A stretch of DNA of 20,000 nt from Halocafeteria seosinensis (taxonomy: Eukaryota), in NCBI GenBank assembly GCA_001687465.1, contig LVLI01000603.1, positions 44,450 through 64,449 on the forward strand, written 5' to 3'. The notes beneath the pieces are model-generated. The model ran no database searches. It had not been told where the DNA came from and worked only from the letters and a program-made list of their open reading frames with translations. Numbering within the stretch: the stretch's first letter is position 1; every line of letters begins with the position of its first letter. Positions 1 to 11,024 of this stretch are shown here, in pieces. Both the position numbers and the translations under genes were made by a program.

Positions 1-144
1 CAAGCAGATGGCTTGTGATATGCTTTGATTAATGCATGTGCAGCGTGCAGGTGCCTGGATAGAGGATATGAACTGGCGCATTCCCCGAGGTGGATATCAT
101 CAAGCAATCCAAGTGTAGACTTCAGCACAAGTATAAACAAGAGA

Positions 145-2470
145 ATGAGTAGCTCGGGGACTAACAAAAAGAGTAGCGTGGGTCTGCACACTGAAAGAAG
201 TGGCTACCTATCGCGCACCCCTGATGGTAAATCATGGAGCCGTGTGTATGGTGTAAGTGTATTGGTTTGGTTGAGCAGGATGATGGATACGTTCACTGGT
301 TTCTGCCTTCCCACAGATATTGCGGAAATTTACGATGACTCTGTATACGGAAAGAAAAGAAGGAACTATTGTCGCCACTCTTCCTTTAGAAGTAAGTCCT
401 ATGCGGCGGGGACTTGGTGTTAAAACACGATGGAGGACGTTGATATTCATCTATCTTCGCAGAATTGTCATGCCTCTCCTCTTGATGCAACACGTGCATC
501 ACGGCGATATGCGTTTCAAGTGGAACTGCAGGTGCGTTGAAGCGAGTTTTAGCATGCGCTGTTCCGTTGTGGGCAGTATAAGGTGTATACTCGAGTGAGT
601 GCAGACGGGTCAAACACATTGGTTCGCTTCGGAATCGAAAGAAGACACTGAGCACTGGTTAAGTTGTATACTGACTTCATCGATTCCTCCTACATGGCCA
701 GGGGGAGTTAACGCCGAAAATAGAGCAAAGCCTCTTCTATACAGCGAAATTCTCCGCAAGTTAGGCTACCGACCTCTTTCGGTTGTATGCCGGGTGGACC
801 CCCACAACAACAGTGTGACCGCGGATAATGACTTCGAGAAAGATCCAAACTTTAGGAACCCGTTAGAGCCCCTGCCATCTCTAGAGTCTGTGCCTTTCTA
901 TCAGCAGCGTGCAATGGTTTTGCGGAAGTTAAGGCTCTGCTCGGTCATCTTCGATATCCCGGACCCGTCTGTGGCGGCTCAGGAGAAAGACTATAAGAGG
1001 TCCACACTGATGGAGCTTGTGGACTGTTGTGACAAAAACGGGCATGTGATACAGGATCTGCGTGTACTGGACGAAATGTTTCAAATGGTATGCTATGACG
1101 ACCACGGCTTCAGAAACGATGCTCACTTCACCTTTGTTTGCTTTTCATGACCAGGTCCGCGTTAACCTCTTTAGAGCGCTTCCAACAGCCCCGGAGCCTC
1201 TTGGTGATCCTGACGAGGGTACGTTATTGGATAGCATTGCCAGTGCCCTTGTAGTTACTCATTGGGTGGTTTATCCATCTGCAGAAGAAGAGCCTTTCAT
1301 GGATCATCAATGGCCGCACTTGTCTGTTGTATATGAGTTATTGCTCCACCTCGTATCCTTGGATAGTATTGGGCTGCCTGTGAAAAAGAAGGTGAGGAAT
1401 TCCTTTGTTTCCCAGGCAAGTGTCGTTTCCGGCTTGCCATCACTGGCGTTTTTGGTGTTCAGCTTTTGGATCCCACTTTCGTGAAGAAATTCCTGCTGTT
1501 ATTTGACAGCGAAGACATGCGGGAACGGGACTATTTGAAGACGATTACGCATAGGATTTATTCAAAATTGACTCAGCGGCGTGCCTTAATTCGGCGAGTT
1601 ATATGCAATTGCTTTTACGAATTCATATTTGAGACAGGGAAACACAACGGGATAGCGGAAATGTTAGAAATCCTAGCATCGGTTATAAATGGCTTTGCAC
1701 AGCCAGTCAAAGAGGAGCACAAAGTTATGCTAGTTAAGGCACTGCTTCCATTGCATAAAGCCCGTGATGTTGCTTCTTATCACCCGCAACTTTCATATTG
1801 CATGGCGTTATATGTTGCTAAAGATCATACCATTACAAGACATGTTATCCCAGGGTTGCTAAGATACTGGCCAGTAAGTATTTTTTTGTGGATCTCTAGC
1901 CAGTAATATAGTGGTAGGATTTGCGGGTCTTTACAGATTGCAAATAGTGCGAAGCAAATTATGTTCTTGAATGAGCTGGATGATGTCTTTGAATACGTCC
2001 AATCCGACGATCTTGAAGTACGTGTATTGAATCATATTCGCCCTTGCTACAATCTACAGGTATTTATAACTCGTATTCAGGTTTTCCGGAAAGGTTTAGC
2101 ATATAGGCTGTCTAAATGCATAGGGAGCCTGCATTTCCAGGTGGCTGAACGGACTCTTTGTCTATGGAGCAGCGAGCGCTTTTCTCAACTTGTTTTAGAA
2201 GATGCTGATCACCGTTCGGTAATTCTCCCTCTTATATTTAATCCTCTTATGGATAACAGTCGATACCACTGGCATGAAAGTGTGAAATCGGCTTCAACTC
2301 AAATTTTAGAACAGTATATGGAGATTGATGCTGATTTATATAACTCTTGCCTAGCGCAATGGGAAAAACAGAATGCCAAGCAGGATACGGATGGTGACGC
2401 TCTGCTAGATAATCATGATGTCAGCGCGGAGCTAGAAAAGAAGATGAATGCTCTGTCAGTGAAGAGTTAG
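145..2470 (+). CDS. PPP2R5: PP2A B56 (B') regulatory subunit with N-terminal PH domain; 9 exons
   Basis: Exons 145-252, 317-391, 463-531, 605-1087, 1155-1218, 1285-1391, 1463-1873, 1937-2017, 2081-2470 join in frame via GT-AG introns. B56 motifs WPHLSVVYELL, FDSEDMRERDYLKTITHRIY, EMLEILASVINGFAQPVKEEHK, SLHFQVAERTL. PH-like N-terminus RSGYLSR..WSRVYGIL..YAFQV..HWFASESKEDTEHWLSCI. The frame is open upstream of ATG 145, so the start is not certain. Confidence 0.93.
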
Positions 2471-2690
2471 TGCTGCAATATACTAATTATGCACTTGTAA
2501 CCTTCTTGGTTTTAGTATAGCGTTGCATTATGCATCCAATCCTCCTGTCGTGGAAGAGCTTGGTTGGCAGCTTGGGGTGAACTTCACATGATGAAGCAGG
2601 TTGGGTTCAATAACAAGTTGGCAGTCTACACTCTAGTCTAGTCATGCTTTCTGTAATTGTTAGACACTGCCCTAGAAGCGTCTCTATGTG

Positions 2691-4383
2691 ATGTGTCTTG
2701 CTTCTTTCCGACGCCTTGGCCTTTCCTCCGGAGTGCGCTGTGCTGCCGGATTCCACCGGGTCTCGTGTTCTTTGGCAGGGAGAACAATGGCATCATCTGC
2801 TGTCGGGCGAATTGCCGTCACACGACGACTTCCTGGGCCACAACAGGAAGGTATGACATTTTCGTCTCTTTCCTTTTTCTATTGCAAACGGGCATAATGT
2901 ACCTCGTGGATGCTGCAGAACTCCTCAGACGAGTCCAGGAGAGGGGAATCCAACTGTTGCAGAACGATAGGTAAGGATAGACTGACTACTAGTGACGCTG
3001 TTGACATGATCCTCCTTGCTTTTTTTCTTGAATGCAGCGACGAACCTGTTGACAGGCGACAGCTGGAGGAATGGACTCAGCAAGGGATCGACGGCCTCTA
3101 CTGTCTGCTGACGGACAAGATTGACCAGGAACTCATTAGACAGAGCGGGCCACGGCTGGAAGTTGTCTCTACTATGTCGGCCGGATTCAACCATGTAAGA
3201 CACCTGAACCATCAAGTGTAAGGTAGTATGAACACAGAACGACTGATTGCAGATTGACGTGCAAGCATGCAAGTCAAATGGTACGGCAGTCGGATACACT
3301 CCAGACGTACGTAACCCAAGACCATGAAACCTAGAAGCCAGTTTGCTAAACTGAACTTGTTTACGACAGGTCTTGACTGATACTACTGCCGATCTTGCGG
3401 TTGGTCTGCTGCTATCCACCGCGAGGAGAATACCAGAAGCGGCACAAGCTGTCAAAGACGGTAAGCTACACTCAAACAGTGCGGAGAGCGACTAGATCAT
3501 CATTATTGGCTACGGAGTACTAAGCAGGCGAGTGGACCACGTGGAAGCCGGAATGGATGACGGGAAAGGTGGGTTGCATGCGTTGTAATGCTCTGGTCGC
3601 GCTCTTCAACATGATATTATTCGGCAACACAATGCACAGGATATCCATGGTTCCTCTGTTGGAATTATTGGCATGGGGCGGATCGGCTATGCTATAGCAC
3701 AAAGACTGAAAGGGTTCAACTGCAGTTTCTTGTACACAGGTACGCAGTATGCACCTCCTCTCGACGCTTATTGATATTCGAACCACCTCTACAAACGCGA
3801 TTCCAGCCACGAAAAGGAAGCCGGAGATGGAAAAGCAGTTGGGGAATATTAGCTTTTATAACTCTGTAGAGCAGATGCTCCCGGACTGCGATTTCTTGAT
3901 TCTGGCATGCGCCTTGAATGATGCAACATATGGGCTGCTGGGGAAAGGTAAATAAGAGCAGATATTCATGCCTGAGCTGCAAAGAGAGTCCTTGGCAAAA
4001 TTTTGCAGATGCTTTCAAGAAGATGAAAAACGATGCCATTGTGGTCAATATCTCCCGCGGAGAGGTCATACAGCAAGACGAGCTTGTACAGGCTTTGCGC
4101 GATGGTGAGTACACACCATTGGACAGCAGTGTTTTCAAAGGGTATTGTGAACGCGTGTTACCTACCCTGTTCAGGTGAGATTGGAGCTGCTGGTTTGGAT
4201 GTAACAACTCCGGAGCCACTACCCAAGGACCATCCGCTAGTTTCATTACCTAATGCGTTGGTGCTTCCACATATTGGGTCTGCAAGCGTAACTACGCGCA
4301 GAAAAATAGCATCCATGGCGCTTGAAAATCTTTTCGCTGGGATTGACGGCCAGACACTGCCGTATGCCGTTCCTGGGAGCTGA
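2691..4383 (+). CDS. GRHPR: Glyoxylate reductase/hydroxypyruvate reductase (D-2-hydroxyacid dehydrogenase); 10 exons
   Basis: Exons 2691-2850, 2919-2970, 3038-3194, 3253-3306, 3370-3460, 3528-3568, 3640-3739, 3807-3947, 4009-4104, 4175-4383. Motifs CLLTDKID, STMSAGFNHID, GYTPDVLTDTTADL, Rossmann GIIGMGRIG, VNISRGEVI, GLDVTTPEPLP, LPHIGSAS. Alternative in-frame ATG at 2787. Confidence 0.93.
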
Positions 4384-4693
4384 ACGAGCGACCAGGGTCA
4401 ACCACGGTCTTGCTCGTACCTCGTTTCACATCGAATACACTTACTGTTGTGGTTGATAACTATGCACAGTGTGTTTTCCTGTTCAAGTCGTCGTCTCATG
4501 ACCAATGGCATTATTCTTTGATAGCCTATTGACCATAGGTCCTCACGCCGAGGCTCACGGTTTGTGATCCTTCAACGAGTGTGTTTTAGACTCAGTGATA
4601 AATGGTTGTCAAATGTTTGATGGGGTAGTGTAGAAGTGCACACCTATTCGTATTGCTTGCGTGAACCTGTATCATACTACATACGAGTACACT

Positions 4694-5311
4694 ATGGCGG
4701 AACTATCTCGACGGCAGCAACGCTCTCAGCAGCGAGAAGAGCTACTTGCGGCTTCAGAATCTAATGAAGACAAACTGCGTCAGTCTCATATACAGCAAGT
4801 GCTGGAAAGGGTGAGTAAATCTTATCATGTAGACCTTAGAGTGATGGATGTCGACTTACATTTCGTTGCATTGGTAATCTCATGTACGCTGCTGCAGCGC
4901 CGACGGGAGAAAGAAAGTGCAAAGCGAAGATATACACCCCAGCTTCACTTGCAGCAGCGCAAATCGGATTCGGACAAGCCTTCACATGATAAAGACAGCA
5001 GTAGGCGCCGTTCATTTGGTGGAGACAAGGAGTCTGATAAGTGCAGGGAACAACATAGCAAGAAGAAGTCCTCACACAGGGGCAGCGACAGGAAGAGAAG
5101 GAAGAGCAGAAAAAGGCGAAAAAGCCCAAGTCCATCAACTTCCTCTGGAAGTTCGGGTAGCAGTGATACTCGTTCCAGGTCGAGTTCTTCGTCATCCTCA
5201 CACTCTGACGAAGGAAGCACCTCCGAAGATACCAAACGACGTTCTTCGAGAAAAGAGAACGATGAAAAGAAAGAAAAGAACAGGAAGAAAAGAAAAACTG
5301 CCTCGGAATGA
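4694..5311 (+). CDS. Small Arg/Ser/Lys-rich low-complexity protein, probably nuclear; 2 exons
   Basis: ATG 4694, intron 4811-4897 (GTGAGT...CTGCAG), stop 5311. Basic NLS-like tracts (RKRRKSRKRRKSPSP, KKEKNRKKRK) and a poly-Ser tract. No family recognised. Confidence 0.7.
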   Translation: MAELSRRQQRSQQREELLAASESNEDKLRQSHIQQVLERVSKSYHVDLRVMDVDLHFVALVISCTLLQRRREKESAKRRYTPQLHLQQRKSDSDKPSHDKDSSRRRSFGGDKESDKCREQHSKKKSSHRGSDRKRRKSRKRRKSPSPSTSSGSSGSSDTRSRSSSSSSSHSDEGSTSEDTKRRSSRKENDEKKEKNRKKRKTASE

Positions 5312-6205
5312 AGTGTCCCCGTTCAGTAGAATGTTTTACTCGCAAGGAGGGGCTATACTCATATCATGTGCTGCCTTCGCTAACATATAGGATCTAGATT
5401 TCGGTCATAGATTCGTACAGTTTGGTGCAATTCTACTGCCACAGAAATGAAAGTAGCGTCACTGAAGTCCTCAACCATGACAGTGAAAACTCCCATGGAC
5501 TTCCATGGTCGCGTTGGAATTGTTTAGACGTATCATACCGTATTGCCAGAGCGGATCTCGATGGGCCATAGTGCCTTTACGTTTCTCAAGCGTCCGATGA
5601 CTATGGTGCTGCTGCGCATTTTCGGTCGAGACTCTCATTTATTACCTTCGGATCCGTGTGACCGTGTCATTTGAATTCCACCTCGGATGGTATCATCCTG
5701 TGCTGTTGAGCACTCCTGTGTTAACGTTTGGAGGCCGGCCGATACTCCTCTGTTTATACAACTCTTGATCCTCGCTACCGTCCTTGACACCTATTTTATT
5801 TTTACCGTCATGTATTTAAGTGCTAAGTTGTTCTTGGGAAAAATAAAACACACACACTTGTCATTGAAGTACGTCTTGCTTTTTTGTTGAAGTGACACGT
5901 GCCCAAGTGGTTACTGTGGGCCGTTTTGCAGTAACTGCTGTCCCGGTGTAGCCAGTGTGACGGAGGGAAGGGGAGTTATTTCATTCTTTGGAGCTATTTG
6001 GAGTTGATGAAGTGTCCATATTCTCTAGAAGAGGGGTAAACAGTAACACAGAGACGCAGATTTTGGTTGCGTACTGCAAAGAAGCTCCCTTTCCCGTTGC
6101 AAAGGGAAGCTGTGTGACAAGAAGAACCGCAGAAGGACCTTTCTTTCCCTTTCCCCCCATTTCATTGTGCTCATGTCTATACAGCATCCAGAAAAAAGAA
6201 GGACG

Positions 6206-9200
6206 ATGGCTCATCGTTTGGTGCTTGGCTTACTGTTGAGTCTAGTGGTTGCTCCCTTCAGAGCACATGCGCTTACGCGGACACAGCTTGGTTGCTGTTT
6301 CCTGGAAGCTGGTGTTCTCAAAGACTGTGAAAATTGTGGAGTAGGCAATGAAATTGTGTAAGCAACGTTACGACAACAATGACCCCGAGACCAAGATGAC
6401 TGTTTGCGATTGTTCTTGATGTACTTTGGCATCCCACAGAGACTTTAGTGGGGAGGGAATTTCCGACATAGAAGATGGTGCTTTCGACAACACAACCAAT
6501 ACTGCGATGAGAGACTTGTAAGTACCGCATCCTTTGAGTCCTTTCTGGATATTAAACTCAATGGATTTAACGTGGGAGTCTCAGGTTATTGTCGGGCAAC
6601 GAAATTAGCACTTTGAGGAAAGAGATGTTCCGTGGTTTGGGGCAGCTTAAATTTCTGTAAGTGTATATCCTCAGACACTAGCTTGGACTGCTGGCTGTTT
6701 AGAGTAAAGTGTGCACTGCTACAGGGAAATCAAGTCCAACGGACTGACTGAGATACAGGATGATGCTTTGGATCACTTGACCACCCTGGAAGTGTTTGAC
6801 GTTGTAGACAATGACCTCACAGAACTCCCCCCACGTTTGTTGCGTGACAATCCCAGCATAGAGGACTTGTACGTATCCGAAACTAATGTCTGTCTGGTGG
6901 TGTCTCAAATTTGAAAACCAAACTGCTACTACTATTACAGTCGTGCTACGATTCCTACGAATAACAAGCTGACTCTTCTAGACCCCTTCTTTTTGGAAGG
7001 GGTAGGCAGCAGCAGTTATATACTGTAGGTTATCAGTGTTGCTTAAGGAAATACCTAATCCAGAACACTAAACCTAACGGTCTTGCATTGCGTACGCAGG
7101 AGGTTGGATGAGAACGAGATTGATTTCTTTTGGATCGACTTTTGGAAAGTATCCAATGGCTTTGCATCCGTGTAAGTAATGAGGTACATACTCTTGGTAT
7201 CGGTTGTACCTTCGTTTATTGTACTAGCTGTAATTTGTTGCTACCACAGTGATGTATCGGGCAACGTTGGGAAAACCCAGGGAAACTGTCCTGGTCCTCC
7301 TAATGAGAGGACCGATCCTCCCGGATTCCAAGAGGTCAGATTCACCGAGAGGTCTACGCCTCAAAATTTCCAAGAAGGTGTTTTTGGCATAGACATATTT
7401 TTTTGCTATGCTGATTTTCGAGATTCTACTCCAACGCCCAGCCGGACTCCCACGTCGTCCCGAACTCCAACCCCGTCGATTAGCGAGTCGAATACTCCTA
7501 CACCTTCTTCCACGGGTACTCGGACGCCCACACACACGCCAACCCCGACAATGACTTCAACTCAGACCCCAACAGGCACATCCACACGCACGCCCTCGAA
7601 CTCTGCCACACCAACAGCAACTGCCACTAGCAGTCCTAGTTCTTCTCCAGACTTAGTAATCGGTTGCTGTCGCGCGTTCAACTTCGTTCTTGTACGATGT
7701 GACTGCCCCGATGAAGAAGTTTTGTAAGTACCGCCAACCACATATTCGTTGACGCTGGAAGTGTTTTACTGAAGCTCCGAAGCTTGTATATTGTTGTCGA
7801 CCAGGGACCTATCCTGTAACAATCTACGTGGGATAGCCTCCGGGACGTTTGACAGCCCTTGGGATAATGGAAATATAGACACCTTGTAAGAAGTGACATG
7901 AACTCTGTCAAGTTTTATGCGCATGTCCTAATGTCTTCTCCAGAATTTTGAACGACAATGTAATCGATCACATCGAAGGCGGAGCGTTCGTTGGTCTGAG
8001 TTCACTGAGGACACTGTAGGTGAATTTAGAAATATCGCATCACATTCAGATACTAGTGGAAGTGTACTCTAGCATTTCACAGGTCACTGACAAAAAACAG
8101 ACTAACTTCATTGGACGGCGACGATTTTCAAGGGCTAGTTAATGTGACGAATATGTAAGCTCGAAAGGACTAGGGTGCTGTATTTTGGTAGCCAACTAGG
8201 TTAGTGTGCTCGATTTTATGCAGATTTCTCAATGAAAATGAGATCAGCGAAATTGCGGAATCCACATTCAGCGAAGTTCCTTTGCTGGAAGTCATGTACG
8301 TTTCTATAAACGCAGACGCTTTTCATCGGTTCTCGTAACATCCTTTAGCATCCCTCAGATTGTTGCATGACAACGAACTTGTTTCGCTGTACGGCGACAC
8401 GTTCCGAGAAAATGCTGCGCTGCAGGTTTTGTAAGCCACTTATGGAAATCCCTCTGTGGCTTGAGTATTGGTCGACGTTTTCCATACATCGTTCTACAGA
8501 GATTTGGACCGTAACAAACTTGTCGCTCTTCCTGACAATCTGTTTGAAGTAGATTCTTGTCTGACGTACTTGTAAGTTCCTTTGAGTCTGAACGCTTTCA
8601 AACACTTTGTTGATTGTGACTATTTATGACAGAAATCTGGGGGAACCTGACTGCCCCAAAGGGAACAACCCCGGACTCTCTGGCTGTCCATGTCCTCAAT
8701 CAGCCCCAAGCACGCTTCAGTCGGATCTGCTTTACACTTCATACGAGTTTGGACAAGTGGATACACCGCAGTTCTGCTTTGCCCCTCCAATGTGCTGCTC
8801 TCTAGTTGATGGGACACTCTCGAATTGTCGTTGCAATGTAACTCGACTGTAAGTTCACGCCGCTATCTGAACAACTGAATGTGATCAGCAAATACCGAAC
8901 TAATACAGCAATCTCTCGCGAAAAAATATATCAAGCTTGGAGTGTCCGTTCGCGTACCCAGAGAATGTTGCGCTACAGGAAATGTAAGTCTCAGAGTATT
9001 GTTGGCTAGGACGTGTATTTCGCTGAGGTGACGATCTGTCCATCTATACAGATACTTGCACGATAATGAACTAACCGAAATTCCTATAAGTGCTTTTGCG
9101 GGGGCCTCCAATGCCAAGACGCTGTCAGTGCTACCATGGTATCTTGTCCTTTGGGAATTAAAATTGATAGTAATAATCTGCAGGATGCTCGGAAACAACA

Positions 9201-10107
9201 AAATTGCGAATTTGGACCCCTTGGCGTTTATAGGTCTGGACTCCCTACGAAATCTGTGCGTTTTGCATTGCCTAGATTGGTACCGTACCCGGTGTGTTGA
9301 TATGTGTAGGGTCGAAGAAGTGCAGGTATCTACAATCTAATTCTCTCACCTCGCTTGGGGCATGCAAATTTGGGGGTCTTCCGCGTTTGGAAAAGCTGTA
9401 GGTGGAACGGAGTTTTGGGGCTTTTGAACGGCATCTATCTTGCCTCGTTTGCGTATGGTTATCTGCAGCGTATTGAAAGATAATAATTTGACTGATGGGT
9501 TGCATGCCTTTCAGCTGGAAGGAATCGGCCAAAACGTTGAGGCAATGTAAGAAGAACATTGTGAGAGTAAACTGCGGTACCCATGTCTCGAGATAGTTTT
9601 TCGCCCTTCTTTTGACTTTATACAGATATTTACAGCGAAACCATATTGAATTCATCGAAGTCGGTGTGGCTGACCATTTGACCGAAAACTTTATGTTTGC
9701 GTAGGTGTTTTGTAATGTATCCAAGTAGTTTTCTTGTTTTTACACGAAGTTTTGAGGGATTGTCACAGAGCGTTAGAGAATAATGAAGGGTATAATACCT
9801 GCGCACCACCCAATCAAGGGAGTACCGCTGATATATTTTCGGCCACGCTTTCGTTTTGTTTCTCTGTGAATGAGCTTCCTGGAGAGACTGGAATATGCCA
9901 GGTTAGGGCACTATCTCCCAGTATGTCTCTGTGTTATGGACCGAACTAGGTATGTTATAGCGGACCTGCCGTGGAGACCGAAGATCTGCTCACTGCTTAT
10001 CACACAAAGCAACGTGGATTTCGAAGTCACATACATGTTTTCCTTGTCTCATATTAAAGGAACATTCGGGAAAATTGTTAACCGGACCTTGCAAAGAACG
10101 AAGCTAA
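6206..10107 (+). CDS. Secreted leucine-rich-repeat protein (~818 aa) with three Cys-capped LRR modules, a Thr/Pro/Ser linker and a Cys-rich C-terminus; 22 exons
   Basis: Signal peptide MAHRLVLGLLLSLVVAPFRAHA. Exons 6206-6357, 6440-6517, 6585-6656, 6725-6868, 6941-7024, 7100-7171, 7250-7723, 7805-7885, 7944-8015, 8083-8154, 8224-8295, 8359-8430, 8500-8571, 8633-8848, 8909-8983, 9052-9123, 9184-9255, 9326-9397, 9469-9546, 9626-9700, 9769-9901, 9961-10107 splice into one frame. Repeats of type xLxxNxI/LxxLxxxxFxxLxxLxxL, e.g. ILNDNVIDHIEGGAFVGLSSLRTL. The last exon is the least certain. Confidence 0.88.
7425..7650 (+). repeat. Coding Thr/Pro/Ser mucin-like low-complexity tract within the LRR gene
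   Basis: STPTPSRTPTSSRTPTPS...TPTATATSSPSSSP between LRR modules 1 and 2. Confidence 0.85.
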
Positions 10108-10482
10108 ATGATAACAAAAATTGAGCCTAATCTAGGGAGACTAGGAGCAGTACATGTACCATCAATAGCGACAGATGTTCCTATTAAATTATCAGTCAAG
10201 TCTAACTTGTTATTAGAATAATTAAACAAAGGTGAATCATTAAGTTCAAGCTCAACAGTAAGATCAGATTTTGAACAATGGCGAGGAGCGCTGAGACTAG
10301 GTTCATACGCGGCGCTTTATACTCGACCGCCGACCGCTTGGCTAAGGCCGACAAAATTTGTTTTTACGCGGGGAAGTGGCAAGCGAACGGTGACGTGTAG
10401 TAACTGTGGGCAGGTGAAACTTAAGTTTAATTTATATTTCTAAACTTATAACTCAAAATTCGCGGGCGTTACCTGTCTTGAT

Positions 10483-10812
10483 GGAAAACCCGCTCAACCA
10501 TAAGGGTGTGACAAAAATCTGTTTTTATTGGCTTTTTTCTGACTCTAGTTTCTGCTGAATTTGTTTTTCGATTTTATTTTTGTTGTTACATTTGTGTGTG
10601 TGTTACATTATTTTCTCTTCTACGATTTCCTTTTAAGTTCTCCAATTCTTCGTTGCGTTACCAATGCGAGCAGTTGTCTTTACTCACCACGTACTGTTTA
10701 GACCCCTCGTCTGCACGCTCTTTCAATCCTCTTTACCGCCATAATGGTACTGATGTCCGACCTGTAGCAGCTGCGGCTGACCACTACCAGGTAACAAGAA
10801 TAAAGTCTAACC
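10483..10812 (-). repeat. Left arm of a long inverted repeat
   Basis: Its reverse complement matches 15075-15404. Hand alignment of 10621-10780 against 15124-15283 shows about 10 differences in 160 nt. Outer parts contain indels. Confidence 0.95.
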
Positions 10813-11024
10813 TGTTTCACCCTTCGGGTTCACCAAGGGATTGGGACAGGATAGTGTTTATGCGATGTTTTTGTTTATGTTGTAAAATCCTACTAGCTAG
10901 GCCGGGAACGCCATAATTACCAAAGTAGAGCAAACACCATACCGCACAATTTTTACATCGTGTCTTCTCTTTCGTCCCCAGTTGCTTCGCACACCAATTC
11001 AGATATATGAGGAGTGGTGTTCAG

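Noticed and set aside
4836..5390. Alternative-frame ORFs over the RS-rich gene
   Set aside because: By-products of purine-rich low-complexity coding sequence.
5400..6200. Short ORFs and a CCATGGA-CT-TCCATGG dyad at 5493-5508
   Set aside because: No homology cues or consistent exon structure, and a dyad of this size can arise by chance.
7335..7422. Possible intron before the Thr/Pro tract
   Set aside because: The GT at 7335 gives the wrong phase, the frame is open, and it encodes the FFCYA motif conserved in the other two module ends.
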